Source: Candidatus Dojkabacteria bacterium (GTDB taxonomy: Bacteria; Patescibacteriota; Dojkabacteria; JAOAGR01). From it: 64,000 nucleotides of DNA. The stretch spans positions 17,408 to 81,407 of the forward strand of contig AP026679.1 of assembly GCA_025999155.1 (NCBI GenBank). Reading direction: 5' to 3'. The translations under genes were made by a program, and so were the position numbers. The notes beneath the pieces were generated by a model, which had not been told where the DNA came from, did no database searches, and was given only the letters and a program-made list of their open reading frames with translations. The number at the start of each line of letters is the position of its first letter. Within the stretch, counting starts at the first letter, position 1. Of the stretch, positions 9,516 through 20,707 are shown piece by piece.

Positions 9516-10657
9516 GAAATAGCTTCCCGAAGAATTTGCCTATCTTTCCAGATTATTTTATTAGTTACAACACGGCGATGTGACTTTATTGCTAGAATAA
9601 GGAAAAGTGTCATTTTCACAGGGTAAAAAATTAAATTAAAAATAAGAGATCTTTTAAACATTAAACTTAAAAATATCGTTTGTATGAAAATTGTGATAAT
9701 TGGAATGTAGAATTTTGTATCTTTAATTACTAATATTGGCGGAATGGTATAAGCAAGAAATACTGTTGTCACAAAGAGATAAAATGTAAATGCCTTCATT
9801 TTTGCACCAGCGTAGAAATTATTTGCAAAGCCATGAAAAGCAGTTTTAAAATTTCTGTACATTCTACAAAATACCAAATTATCGGTTAGATATAGGTGTA
9901 CTTTGTAATGATTCCTCTTCAGGGTTCTAGTAATTTCTAGTTCCCCTGCTATATTTTTACCTACGCATGCATGGCCATCTATTGCATGATAAGCATTTTT
10001 TCTAAAAAACATATATTGTCCACAGGCAGCAGATAAACTAGGAATATAAAGAGCATTTGCTATACGAATAGGAAGAAATACAGCTAATAGCCACTCCATG
10101 AATGTAGATACTAAGATTTTTTCACCAAGAGTTTTGGTAACTTGAGAAGGAACCACCGTAAGCAAATCAAGGTTATATTTTTGCATAATATCCATGCTTG
10201 AAGAGACGGCACATTTATTTAATACAACATCTGCATCTATAAAAAGTAGGAAGTCACCATTCGCATATTTTGCCAGATTGTAGCAAGCCCATGATTTACC
10301 ATTCCATCCATCAGGTAGATCAGTCCCCGAATACAGTTTGATCCTTTTATTAGGGTACTTTTGAATAATACGTTCTACAATGTTTGCAGTATTATCCGTA
10401 GATTGATCATCAAGGACGATTATTTCGACATTCTTATAAGTCTGATTGATTGCAGAGAGTAGGGCTTTGGCTATATTACCTTCCTCATTACGGGCTGGGA
10501 TAAGGATAGAAACTAATTTCTGATCTAATTCCCCTGTATATTTCGATGTCAATTTCTTCAATTTAGGAGCTGTTAAAAAATTGAAAATCGTGATTATTGT
10601 AAGTATAGTTACAACGAAAGTTACAAAGATAAATAGTATGTAAAAAATAACTCCCAT
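9512..10657 (-). CDS. GT2 membrane glycosyltransferase (CrtQ/CruC-like)
   Basis: IPARNEE, DDQSTD, GWNGKSWAC, FIDAD, ACGQY, CRMY, WKDR. Confidence 0.85.
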   Translation of the reverse strand: MGVIFYILFIFVTFVVTILTIITIFNFLTAPKLKKLTSKYTGELDQKLVSILIPARNEEGNIAKALLSAINQTYKNVEIIVLDDQSTDNTANIVERIIQKYPNKRIKLYSGTDLPDGWNGKSWACYNLAKYANGDFLLFIDADVVLNKCAVSSSMDIMQKYNLDLLTVVPSQVTKTLGEKILVSTFMEWLLAVFLPIRIANALYIPSLSAACGQYMFFRKNAYHAIDGHACVGKNIAGELEITRTLKRNHYKVHLYLTDNLVFCRMYRNFKTAFHGFANNFYAGAKMKAFTFYLFVTTVFLAYTIPPILVIKDTKFYIPIITIFIQTIFLSLMFKRSLIFNLIFYPVKMTLFLILAIKSHRRVVTNKIIWKDRQILREAIS

Positions 10658-10724
10658 AGTTATATTTTATCATCAAAATATTTATCTTAGCTACCGTGAC
10701 AACTAGAGAGTAATTTTATTCGAT

Positions 10725-13700
10725 TTACACCAGGACTTTTCTTAAGTAATGTCCGGTCCAACTTTGTGTTGAATTGATGATGTCTTGTACTGTACCAGTG
10801 GCTACTACATACCCACCAGCATCACCTCCTTCAGGACCTAGATCAATAATCCAATCTGCCGTTTTTATTACATCTAGGTTATGCTCTATGATAATCATTG
10901 TATTACCTTTTTCGACTAGCTTGTGTAATACCTCCAAAAGTTTATCTGTATCAGCAAAGTGTAGTCCAATAGTGGGCTCATCAAGAATGTATAAAGTCTT
11001 GCCTGTTGATTTTTTTGCTAGTTCCGTAGCAAGTTTAATTCTTTGTGCCTCTCCTCCAGATAAAGTTGTTGATGGTTGACCGATTTTTATATATCCGAGA
11101 CCTACTTCCTGTAGTAATTTTAAATGTTTATATATTGCGGGAATATTATTAAAGAACTCTACTGCTTCATCTACAGTCATCTCCAATACGTCATGAATAT
11201 TTTTTCCTTTGTATTGTACTTCGAGAGTTTCTCTATTATATCTTTTGCCTTTACATACCTCGCAAGGTACATAGACGTCAGGTAGAAATTGCATCTCAAT
11301 CTTGATGACACCGTCACCTTTACAGGATTCGCAACGTCCGCCTTTAACATTAAATGAAAAACGACCAGCAGTGTAGCCCCGTAATTTTGCTTCATTTGTA
11401 TTAGCAAATACATTACGTATTTCATCAAAAAAACCTGTATATGTAGCAGGATTAGATCTCGGAGTCTTTCCAATAGGTGACTGATCGATCCTGATGACTT
11501 TATCAATATTTTCAATACCTTCAATGTTGTCGTGTTCTCCTACAGGGTACCTTGTTTTATAAAAGTGATTGTGTAGGGCTGTGTATAAAATACTATTAAC
11601 AAGAGTAGATTTGCCTGATCCACTTACTCCTGTTACACATATAAGTTTGCCAAGAGGAAACTCTATATCTATGTTTTTAAGATTATTTTGACGTGCTCCT
11701 TTGATTACTATTTTCTTACCTGATAGAATTCTTTTTTTTGCTTTTGAATCAAGATATTTTGAGCCGACGATTTTGGATTTATTTAGAAATGGCCCTGTGA
11801 CGGAGAATTGGTCTTTTTTGATTTCTTCAGGAGTGCCTTGGGCTACTATATTTCCTCCATTAATTCCTGCACCTTCTCCCATATCGATTATCCAATCTGC
11901 TTCATTCATAGTTTCTTCACTGTGTTCTACCACAATAACTGTGTTACCAATATCGCGTAAATGTTTTAATGTATTAATAAGGCGAGAATTATCTCTCTGA
12001 TGTAGTCCTATGGATGGTTCATCTAATACGTATAATACTCCCGAAAGTCCAGATCCAATTTGTGATGCTAGTCGGATTCTTTGGGCTTCACCTCCTGATA
12101 ATGTACTTGCATTACGGTCTAATGTAAGATAACCGAGCCCTACATCCATCAAAAATTTTAAACGAGTCGAGATTTCTTTTAATATTGTTTTCGCTATTTC
12201 ATATTTTGGTTCTGATAAGGTGAGTTCTTCTTCATATTCCTCATCGTATATGACGAGTTTACGGTATAAAATTCCATTTTTTTGGAAAGTTGTATTTGCT
12301 GGGTATAATTCGGGTTTGATATGTGTAAGACTGTCTATCCATTGCAATCCTTGTTCTATATTCATTTTAGTTACTTCTACAATGTTTTTTCCACATACTC
12401 TTATCGATAAAGCTTCTGGTCTTAGTCGTGTACCGTCACATACTGGACAGGTTTTGGTGACCATATATTTTTCTATTTCTGATCGTATGTGTTCTGAATC
12501 TGTTTCACGATAACGTCTTTCAAGATTAGGAATAACTCCTTCAAACTTTGTTTCAAATTGTCCAGTGAATCGATTTCCTTCAAGTTCTAAAGTGATCGTC
12601 GTTTTAGATCCATAAAGGATTTCATCCAGAATATTTTTTGGTAAATCCTTCATTTTTGTTTTGAGGCTGAAATTTAGTTTTTTCGCTAAAGCATCGAGTT
12701 GTCGCATGTACCAGCTATTTGGATCTACAGATCTAGACCAAGGAAATATAGCTCCTTCAGCTATGGTCAGATTAGGGTTGTATATCAGTTGTGGGTCTAT
12801 AGTTTTGATATAACCTAAACCTGAACAATGAGGACATGCTCCATGTGGTGAATTAAATGAAAATGTGTGAGGCTCTATTTGTGGATACGATATTTTATCG
12901 TGCTTACAGACTAGATTTTCAGAAAATAATATATCTTTTGCCTCATCGTAGAGATTGATTATTAATTCACCCTCACCATATCTCAAACATGTTTCTACAG
13001 AATCTGTCACTCTTTGTTTAAACGCGAGGAATTCTTGCTCATTTTCAAAACCTATAGATTTATAATCTATAGAATTAGAATCTTTGTCGTTCAATAACTC
13101 CGGAGAGATATTAGCCGGTATGCTGAGTCTATCTACTACAATTTCAATTTTATGTTTTGTTGTTTTTTTTAGCGTAATATCATCCTCTAGGTTCTTAATT
13201 TCACCATCAACTCTTACTCTTGCAAAACCTTTATTTAATAGATTGATAAATAAGTCTTCATAAGATCCCTTACGATCTTTCACTATTGGCGCAAGCAATA
13301 ATATCCGAAGGGAAGTTTTGTTATGTTTTTTAGGTAATTCGAAAATTGAGTCCACGATTTCTTGGACGGTTTGGGATTCAATTGGTCTACCACATTTATA
13401 ACAGAATGGTTTGCCAACTCTTGCGAACAATAACCTAAGATAATCGTAAATTTCTGTTATTGTCCCCACCGTTGAACGGGGATTTGATGATGTCGATTTC
13501 TGATCAATAGCAATGGCAGGGCTTAATCCCTCTATATAATCTACATCAGGCTTTTCCATCATGCCAAGAAATTGTCTAGCGTAAGATGATAAGCTCTCCA
13601 CGTACCTTCTTTGTCCTTCCGCATATATAGTGTCAAATGCTAATGACGACTTGCCTGATCCAGAAAGGCCTGTGATTACAACTAACTTGTTTTTAGGGAT

Positions 13701-13766
13701 TGATACGTCTATGTTTTTGAGGTTATGGACTCTTGCTCCTTTTACCTTAATAAATTGGTCTGCCAT
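10725..13766 (-). CDS. uvrA: Excinuclease ABC subunit A
   Basis: GARVHNLKN, two ABC cassettes ([27 protein letters not shown] x2) and zinc fingers. Confidence 0.98.
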   Translation of the reverse strand: MADQFIKVKGARVHNLKNIDVSIPKNKLVVITGLSGSGKSSLAFDTIYAEGQRRYVESLSSYARQFLGMMEKPDVDYIEGLSPAIAIDQKSTSSNPRSTVGTITEIYDYLRLLFARVGKPFCYKCGRPIESQTVQEIVDSIFELPKKHNKTSLRILLLAPIVKDRKGSYEDLFINLLNKGFARVRVDGEIKNLEDDITLKKTTKHKIEIVVDRLSIPANISPELLNDKDSNSIDYKSIGFENEQEFLAFKQRVTDSVETCLRYGEGELIINLYDEAKDILFSENLVCKHDKISYPQIEPHTFSFNSPHGACPHCSGLGYIKTIDPQLIYNPNLTIAEGAIFPWSRSVDPNSWYMRQLDALAKKLNFSLKTKMKDLPKNILDEILYGSKTTITLELEGNRFTGQFETKFEGVIPNLERRYRETDSEHIRSEIEKYMVTKTCPVCDGTRLRPEALSIRVCGKNIVEVTKMNIEQGLQWIDSLTHIKPELYPANTTFQKNGILYRKLVIYDEEYEEELTLSEPKYEIAKTILKEISTRLKFLMDVGLGYLTLDRNASTLSGGEAQRIRLASQIGSGLSGVLYVLDEPSIGLHQRDNSRLINTLKHLRDIGNTVIVVEHSEETMNEADWIIDMGEGAGINGGNIVAQGTPEEIKKDQFSVTGPFLNKSKIVGSKYLDSKAKKRILSGKKIVIKGARQNNLKNIDIEFPLGKLICVTGVSGSGKSTLVNSILYTALHNHFYKTRYPVGEHDNIEGIENIDKVIRIDQSPIGKTPRSNPATYTGFFDEIRNVFANTNEAKLRGYTAGRFSFNVKGGRCESCKGDGVIKIEMQFLPDVYVPCEVCKGKRYNRETLEVQYKGKNIHDVLEMTVDEAVEFFNNIPAIYKHLKLLQEVGLGYIKIGQPSTTLSGGEAQRIKLATELAKKSTGKTLYILDEPTIGLHFADTDKLLEVLHKLVEKGNTMIIIEHNLDVIKTADWIIDLGPEGGDAGGYVVATGTVQDIINSTQSWTGHYLRKVLV

Positions 13767-13879
13767 AATGAAGGGTTATCCTCGTATTTTATATTTAAAG
13801 TCTTATTTACTCAAATATCTATCATATGTATCAAAGAAAAGGATTTTTCAGATTCATGATATCATGCTAATATAATTCG

Positions 13880-14608
13880 ATGTCTTTAGTCATTAAAAAA
13901 TATTCTTTGGGTATTGCTGAATTAGGTAAGCAAATTCTTGATTACGCGGATTTGGATATTGGACCTGGTAAAATTGTGGTATTGGTCGGGGAGAATGGAT
14001 CTGGCAAAAGTTCCTTTGCTATGTCGCTTCTAGGAATTCCTGGGTATGAGCGGTCTGGTAGTGTCAAAATAGATGGTAAAGAGACTGTTGGTCTTGAGAT
14101 CGACGAAATTGCTCGTCTTGGGCTTTTTGTATCTTTCCAAAGCCCTCCAGAAATTGAGGGAGTGACTTTATTTGATTTTCTTAATGCAAGTTACAGATCT
14201 ATATATGGTAGCGGGGGGCTTTCTAGTTTTAAGTTACGTAAAAAAATTATCGATGCAGTAGAAAGAGTTGGTCTTAACGTGAGTTTTCTGGAGCGCCCTA
14301 TTAATCAGGGTTTTTCTGGAGGTGAACGTCGCAAATCTGAGGTATTACAAATGTTGGTTCTTGAGCCGAAAGTTGCGGTTTTGGATGAAGTGGATTCTGG
14401 TTTAGATATTCGTTCAACGATAAATGTTGCTAATTTGTTAAGAGAAACTGCTTCTCATAAGAAGTGTGCTCTTTTAGTTATATCACATAGTATTGAGTTT
14501 ATACGTAAATTACACCCTGATAAAATTTTTCAGCTTAAAAATAAAAAATTTATAGAAGTAACTCTTGAAGAAATCGAAAGTTCAGGGTTAATTCAAGAAA
14601 GTAATTAG
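13880..14608 (+). CDS. sufC: Fe-S assembly ATPase SufC
   Basis: GENGSGKS, FQSPPEIEGV, GFSGGERRKSE, LDEVDSGLD; precedes sufB. Confidence 0.93.
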   Translation: MSLVIKKYSLGIAELGKQILDYADLDIGPGKIVVLVGENGSGKSSFAMSLLGIPGYERSGSVKIDGKETVGLEIDEIARLGLFVSFQSPPEIEGVTLFDFLNASYRSIYGSGGLSSFKLRKKIIDAVERVGLNVSFLERPINQGFSGGERRKSEVLQMLVLEPKVAVLDEVDSGLDIRSTINVANLLRETASHKKCALLVISHSIEFIRKLHPDKIFQLKNKKFIEVTLEEIESSGLIQESN

Positions 14609-14703
14609 GATTTGCATACTTTTATTTAATGATTTTAATGCAAAATAGAATAGTAGTTTGCATAGAGACAATGTTTATGCATATTTGTTAAGCTAGCTTT
14701 ATT

Positions 14704-16113
14704 ATGAGCAAAAACGGATCAGAAAAGATAATAATCTCAGAATATAAGTATGGTTTTAAGAAGCCAGAAGAATACGTATTCAAGACGGACGTAGGGTTGA
14801 ACGAGGATGTCATAAGACAAATCTCCTCCATGAAAAATGAACCTAAATGGATGTTGGATTTTCGGATCAAGGCCTATCGAATATTTGTAAATAAACCCAT
14901 GCCAACATGGGGAGTTGATTTATCCGAAATTGATTTTAATAATATTGTTTATTATTTAAAGCCTACGGATACACAGAAGAAAACTTGGGACGAATTACCT
15001 GAATCTATCAAGGATACTTACGACAAATTAGGTATTCCTGAAGCAGAGAGGAACTTTCTTGCAGGTGTAACCGCGCAATACGAAAGTGAAGTGGTGTACC
15101 ATAGTCTCATAAAGGAATTAGAAGAAAAAGGGGTTGTGTTTACCGATATGGATACAGGTCTACGAGAATATGAAGATCTGGTAAAGAAGTATTTTGGTAC
15201 TTTAGTGCCGCCTACAGATAACAAGTTTGCAGCATTAAATTCAGCTGTTTGGTCTGGAGGTAGTTTTATTTACGTGCCAAAAGGGGTCAGGGTAGCAATT
15301 CCTTTGCAGGCGTATTTTCGGATAAATGCTAAAAACATGGGTCAATTTGAAAGAACTTTGATTATTGCTGATGAAGGTAGCTTTGTGCACTATATCGAAG
15401 GATGTACTGCACCAGTGTATTCTACCTATTCTTTGCATAGTGCAGTAGTTGAAATTTTTTGTTTGCCCGGGTCGCGTGTACGTTATACTACTGTACAGAA
15501 CTGGGCACCTAATGTTTATAACTTAGTAACAAAAAGAGCTGTTGCCTATGAAAATGCGATTATGGAGTGGATTGACGGTAACATTGGTAGCAAGAAAACT
15601 ATGAAATATCCGAGTATTTTATTAAAGGGCAAAAATGCAAAAGGGATTGTTGTTTCAGCGGCATATGCGGGTAAGAATCAAGAGCAGGATACTGGTACAA
15701 AGATTTTTCATTTAGCACCAAATACATCTTCAGAGATTACATCAAAGTCCGTTAGCCAATATAACGGTAAAACTACCTATCGGGGAATTATCTCTATAGC
15801 TCCTAATGCTTATAACTCTAAAGTCTCGGTGAAATGTGATGCTCTGCTTTTGGATGAAGAATCTCAGACAGGTACGATTCCAGTAAATATAGTATCAAAT
15901 CAGGAGAACGTTGAAATTGCTCATGAAGCAACTGTATCACGAATGAAAGAGATTCAATTACATTACCTTAGATCGAGGGGTTTATCAGAAGAAGAGGCTA
16001 GTTCTATGATAGTAAATGGTTTTATTGATGTATTTACTAAAGAATTACCTATGGAATACGCGGTAGAGTTGAACCGGCTAATTGCTTTGAATATGGAGGG
16101 TAGTGTAGGGTAA
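14704..16113 (+). CDS. sufB: Fe-S assembly scaffold SufB
   Basis: [45 protein letters not shown]-terminus. Confidence 0.97.
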   Translation: MSKNGSEKIIISEYKYGFKKPEEYVFKTDVGLNEDVIRQISSMKNEPKWMLDFRIKAYRIFVNKPMPTWGVDLSEIDFNNIVYYLKPTDTQKKTWDELPESIKDTYDKLGIPEAERNFLAGVTAQYESEVVYHSLIKELEEKGVVFTDMDTGLREYEDLVKKYFGTLVPPTDNKFAALNSAVWSGGSFIYVPKGVRVAIPLQAYFRINAKNMGQFERTLIIADEGSFVHYIEGCTAPVYSTYSLHSAVVEIFCLPGSRVRYTTVQNWAPNVYNLVTKRAVAYENAIMEWIDGNIGSKKTMKYPSILLKGKNAKGIVVSAAYAGKNQEQDTGTKIFHLAPNTSSEITSKSVSQYNGKTTYRGIISIAPNAYNSKVSVKCDALLLDEESQTGTIPVNIVSNQENVEIAHEATVSRMKEIQLHYLRSRGLSEEEASSMIVNGFIDVFTKELPMEYAVELNRLIALNMEGSVG

Positions 16114-16279
16114 AATTTTCTATTTAGAAGAAGTAATGTAAATGTCAAAACTTTGTCTTTTTTAAATTCATGATATTTAATTATGTTTTTATTTAATCCG
16201 TGATTGAAATTTATTGGCTGAGCTGAGTGTAAATTTGAGCTTCTAATAATTCTACCGATGCTACTATGATGCTAGTACT

Positions 16280-17461
16280 CTAGCATTGGCCTCTAATAAT
16301 GTATTTTTCAACTTTAATGTTATGTTCATCTAAAGTCCTAGAGTAATGAATTTGTCCGCATGGGTCATGTAAATAATATAGATACTCTGTTTGTGTCGGA
16401 TTTAGTACTGCAATAATCGCATCTAAACCAGGATTAGATATTGGAGTAGGGGGTAATCCTAAATTTTTACGTGTATTATAAGGATTATCCTGTTCAATGG
16501 CTTGCAGTAATTCATCTCCTGTTACCCACCAAGTCTTTTGGTTAGGAGAATAGCCATATCCGTATTGTGAAGTAGCATCAATACCTAAGGCTTTACCCAT
16601 TTTCAGTCTAGCATCAATGATCCATGCTATTATTTTACGTTCGTCATTGTTGTAAGCCTCTCTTTCAACTATAGATGCTTTAATTATGACTTCGTTTAAA
16701 GTTTGATTTGTACGAATAAGATCTGGTAAAATTTGTTTATAAACCTTTTGCTCAAAATTTTTTAATAACTTTTCTACTATTTGGCGAGCCGAAACATCTA
16801 CACAAAAAAAGTAAGTATCAGGAAATAAGTAACCTTCAAGATTAGTAGGTAGAGTAAAATCAAAATTTAGTTGATCATCAAGTTGAAAATTACGTGCTAG
16901 ATTGATGAATTCGTCCTTTTTGTAGTTTATTTCCGTTACATCAGTTGCTTGTTCGAGTTGTTCTTGAATTGCGTCGGCAATTTCTTCGATTCTGAGTCCT
17001 TCTTTAATTCTAATAGAGACTTGTTTGCATGCTGTAGGTGTGAACAAAGTGTGTAACTCTTTCACCGGAGTATGCGGAGCAATCTCATATGTACCGGGTT
17101 GGATTTTGTTTGTGTCAAATTGATTGAGTTTGAGATACAGCTGATAGCTTGGGATAAAGATTATTTGATTATTCGGAAGTAAACCTTGTTGTACTAATCG
17201 ACTATAGATATGGTATAGAGTGTCGTTTTCGGCAATAGTAACATTAACGACATTCTCATTAAGAGTTTTTGAATTTATAAATGAAGAATATTGGTTTACT
17301 TGCAGAATGCCGTATATCACAACTGATATAGTAGTCATTAATGCCGTTAATATCACAAAGCGAGATTTTGAGTATTTTCCTTTTTGTTGGTTTAATTTAT
17401 TACGATAACGGGGATGTAGAGGATATTCTCTTTTTATAAACCGTACCTGTTGTGTAAACAT
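16280..17461 (-). CDS. mltG: Endolytic transglycosylase MltG
   Basis: N-terminal TM, EGYLFPDTY, ASIVERE, PYNTR..GLPPTPISNPG. Confidence 0.92.
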   Translation of the reverse strand: MFTQQVRFIKREYPLHPRYRNKLNQQKGKYSKSRFVILTALMTTISVVIYGILQVNQYSSFINSKTLNENVVNVTIAENDTLYHIYSRLVQQGLLPNNQIIFIPSYQLYLKLNQFDTNKIQPGTYEIAPHTPVKELHTLFTPTACKQVSIRIKEGLRIEEIADAIQEQLEQATDVTEINYKKDEFINLARNFQLDDQLNFDFTLPTNLEGYLFPDTYFFCVDVSARQIVEKLLKNFEQKVYKQILPDLIRTNQTLNEVIIKASIVEREAYNNDERKIIAWIIDARLKMGKALGIDATSQYGYGYSPNQKTWWVTGDELLQAIEQDNPYNTRKNLGLPPTPISNPGLDAIIAVLNPTQTEYLYYLHDPCGQIHYSRTLDEHNIKVEKYIIRGQC

Positions 17462-17535
17462 CTAGCTATAATAAAAAATTTAGATTAAATTTGCATAATG
17501 TCTCAACAAGTTTTGAATCCTGTATAATTAAAAAT

Positions 17536-19314
17536 ATGACTATCAAACAATTACAAGAATTGAGTGATACGAAAACTATTTTTTATCACTTGAAGATCCT
17601 TTTGTATGATGCAATTAAAAAGTGTTTTGGTATTGAAGTTGATATAAATAACATTGAAGTCGATTATCCTAAGTCTAGAATTTTTGGACATTTAACATCA
17701 AACATTATTTTACAAATAGCTAAGCTTGTAGGAAAAGCTCCAAGGGAGGCTGCTCAACAAATATTGCCTTATATTCGTCATGAAGATATTGAAAGGGTGG
17801 AGATTGCAGGCCCTGGTTTTTTGAATTTTTACTTGAATAAGAAGTTTTTCCTCAAACATCTTGGACGAATATTAGAAGAGAAAGATGGCTATGGAAGTTG
17901 GAATTTAGGTCAAAATAGAGTAGTTTTAATGGAATTCGGTTCACCAAATGCTTTCAAGTCTTTAAGTGTAGGTCATTTAAGAAATGCTATTACAGGACTG
18001 AGTTTAAGTAGATTACTCACTTTTTTAGGCTATCGTGTCGTTAACTTAAATTATTATTCAGATATAGGTTTACATGTGGCAAAGAGTATATATATGTTTT
18101 TACGAAGGCCTTTACCTAATGATTTTGAAGCTCGCACTACACATGAAAAAATGAATTATATAGTCGATTGTTATGTTGAAGCTAATCAACTTTTTGAAAC
18201 TAATCCCGATGTGAAATCAGAAATTCAGGAAATCAATCTGAAAATCTTTTCCGGAGAAGATAGTATCATAAATGAAACTTATAAAAAATTATTACAATGG
18301 AGTTTGGATCATCAGCACTACGACTTTTTCGAACGTATAGGCGTCAAATTCGATCGTGAGTATTCCGAGTCTCAAATGTCTGATGCTGCTGTGAGACTAT
18401 CAACAGAGCTAGAGGGGAAAGTATTGATTCGTGACGACAATGCTTTAGTATTTCCAGGAGAACAGTACAATGTCAATCGTTATGTATTTTTATCAAAATA
18501 TGGTACACCTACTTATTCTGCTAAGGACATGGCTCTTGCCCTAAAAAAACGTGAAGATTATCCTAATTATCACTTTTCAATAGTTTTAACATCTGTTGAA
18601 CAAAACGATTATTTTAAAAGTTTAATCACTGCTTTATGTGTCTTTGATAATTCATTTAAGGACAAGTATTATCATTTGGGCTATGGCTGGCTTCTAGGTA
18701 TGGATGGTAAAAAGGCTTCTACACGAAAAGGTAATATTGTTGATGCTGTTGATTACCTTAATGAAGCAAAAGAAATTGCAAAAGAGCGTATAAAAGAGGA
18801 TAAAAATTACTTACCACAAGATATAGATAACATTGCAGAAAAAATCGGGATTAGTGGATTGAAATTTTTATTTTTATCTCATGAGTTGCACAAAGATATT
18901 GTTTATAATCCTACCGTCTTTTTAGATCCACAGGGTTATTCTGGCCCTTATATTTTATATGCTTATGTGCGAGCGAAAAGTATACTAAGGGAAGCAAATA
19001 TTGATAAATTTGACTTTGATTCATCCGGCCTCAATACAGATTATTCAGTGAGTGACTGTGAGGAAGAGTTATTAGAAATATTATCAAAGTTTGAGAATAT
19101 TACATTTATGGCAGGCACACAGCTTGCACCACATATTATTGCTAATTATTTATTTGATCTAGCCCAATCATTCAACAAATTTTATAAAGAACATAAAGTG
19201 TTAGTTGATAATGAATTTGTACGTAATTTCCGTTTGTCTCTAACGCTAGCTACGGCTACAGTTTTGGCAAATGGTCTATACCTTCTAGGAATCGAAACTA
19301 TAGACCATATGTAA
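17536..19314 (+). CDS. argS: Arginine--tRNA ligase
   Basis: AGPGFLN, EFGSPN..SVGHLRN, KASTRKG, PYILYAYVR, LLGIETIDHM. ATG 17536 was chosen because TATAAT lies 7 nt upstream. Confidence 0.95.
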   Translation: MTIKQLQELSDTKTIFYHLKILLYDAIKKCFGIEVDINNIEVDYPKSRIFGHLTSNIILQIAKLVGKAPREAAQQILPYIRHEDIERVEIAGPGFLNFYLNKKFFLKHLGRILEEKDGYGSWNLGQNRVVLMEFGSPNAFKSLSVGHLRNAITGLSLSRLLTFLGYRVVNLNYYSDIGLHVAKSIYMFLRRPLPNDFEARTTHEKMNYIVDCYVEANQLFETNPDVKSEIQEINLKIFSGEDSIINETYKKLLQWSLDHQHYDFFERIGVKFDREYSESQMSDAAVRLSTELEGKVLIRDDNALVFPGEQYNVNRYVFLSKYGTPTYSAKDMALALKKREDYPNYHFSIVLTSVEQNDYFKSLITALCVFDNSFKDKYYHLGYGWLLGMDGKKASTRKGNIVDAVDYLNEAKEIAKERIKEDKNYLPQDIDNIAEKIGISGLKFLFLSHELHKDIVYNPTVFLDPQGYSGPYILYAYVRAKSILREANIDKFDFDSSGLNTDYSVSDCEEELLEILSKFENITFMAGTQLAPHIIANYLFDLAQSFNKFYKEHKVLVDNEFVRNFRLSLTLATATVLANGLYLLGIETIDHM

Positions 19315-20695
19315 TCTCGCGCACTTTACTTTGTTCTTTGTGATTGTCAATACGATTCTTGGATATATTTAGTGCTAAACCCATGGCTCCCATTAATGAA
19401 ACCATTGAGCTACCGCCAAGTGATATAAAAGGTAAGGTTTGGCCTGTCATTGGTAAGATACCTAGATTTGCTCCTACATGCACAAAAGTTTGAAAACCTA
19501 TCCATGCAGCGATAGAAACTAATGTCAAGTAATATACCGTATTGTGTGTTAGCAAATTGGCAGTATTTAACAATCTTCGAATGAGGTTAAAATACAAGAG
19601 TAAGATGCCTGTTGTCATTATGAAACCGAGTTCTTCCGCCATTACTCCGAAAATTGAATCGTCTCCTGCGGAAGTTTTGGGTAAATAATATTTGCCTACA
19701 GATTTACCTAAACCTAAACCTATAAGACCTCCGCTGCCCACCGATGTCAAGACCTGGTCTAATTGATATGATTTACCTTCGCGTGTTTGTACGCCGTTGT
19801 CATCAGTGTATAAAGTGTCATTCGTTTTTAAATAATTGATCCATACTTGTATTCTGTCCATACGGTAAGATTCAGTCACTGTGAATATTATACCGCCGAG
19901 GACGATTAAAACCATGAGTATGACAAATCCGAGGTGTTGAAACCGTGTTTTTGCAGATGTCCAAAAAGTTAATAAACCGATGAACCCTATGACTAGTGCT
20001 GTTCCTAAATTTCGAGTAAGTAAAATCATCCCTATGACAATAAAAAACAGTATAATAAACACCAAAAATAGTTTGATATTATTTTTTAAATTTGTTTCCT
20101 TATCTACAAATTTTTCGCTGAGTTTTGCTAGAAACGGTGCAAGAAAGATGATAAAACCTAATTTGACAAATTCGGAAGGTTGAAATTGTAATGATCCTAT
20201 ATTAAGCCACCGTGTAGCACCATCTATTGCCTCTATTTGTTGTGTAAAGCTTAAATAAAGCAAATATCCAAGTATTAAGATACAAAAAATATAAGCAAAC
20301 TTCCAAAACCGCATGATCAATTCAACTTTTAAGAAATAAAATATAAAAAATACTATAAATCCTATCGCGATAAGTCTGAGGTGGTTTTGAAGATAAAAGT
20401 ATTTATTATTGTTTTCCGAATAGTAATATGCAAAAGGGATTGTTGCTGAAAATATCGCAATGACACCAATGGCTAGTATGCTGAGAAAATAATATAGTAA
20501 TGGCTTGTCATGATTCAGCCGGAAGTCGAATATTTCGTGTAGAGAAGATTTGTTTGCAGATTTTTGCTGTTTTCTATTGATTTTGGAAGTTAAAGTACTT
20601 TTCTTTTTACTTTTTTGGGGAAATAGCCCTGTCAAAGAAAAACGCGCAAAATTCCTTTTCACTGGTTTTTTCGAATGTACTAATCCAAGAGACAT
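19298..20695 (-). CDS. ftsW: SEDS peptidoglycan polymerase FtsW/RodA
   Basis: GATRWL, QPSEFVK, YQ..GSGGLIGLG, AEELG, GQTLPFISLGGSS. Confidence 0.88.
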   Translation of the reverse strand: MSLGLVHSKKPVKRNFARFSLTGLFPQKSKKKSTLTSKINRKQQKSANKSSLHEIFDFRLNHDKPLLYYFLSILAIGVIAIFSATIPFAYYYSENNNKYFYLQNHLRLIAIGFIVFFIFYFLKVELIMRFWKFAYIFCILILGYLLYLSFTQQIEAIDGATRWLNIGSLQFQPSEFVKLGFIIFLAPFLAKLSEKFVDKETNLKNNIKLFLVFIILFFIVIGMILLTRNLGTALVIGFIGLLTFWTSAKTRFQHLGFVILMVLIVLGGIIFTVTESYRMDRIQVWINYLKTNDTLYTDDNGVQTREGKSYQLDQVLTSVGSGGLIGLGLGKSVGKYYLPKTSAGDDSIFGVMAEELGFIMTTGILLLYFNLIRRLLNTANLLTHNTVYYLTLVSIAAWIGFQTFVHVGANLGILPMTGQTLPFISLGGSSMVSLMGAMGLALNISKNRIDNHKEQSKVREITYGL

Positions 20696-20707
20696 TATGA
20701 TGAGTAT

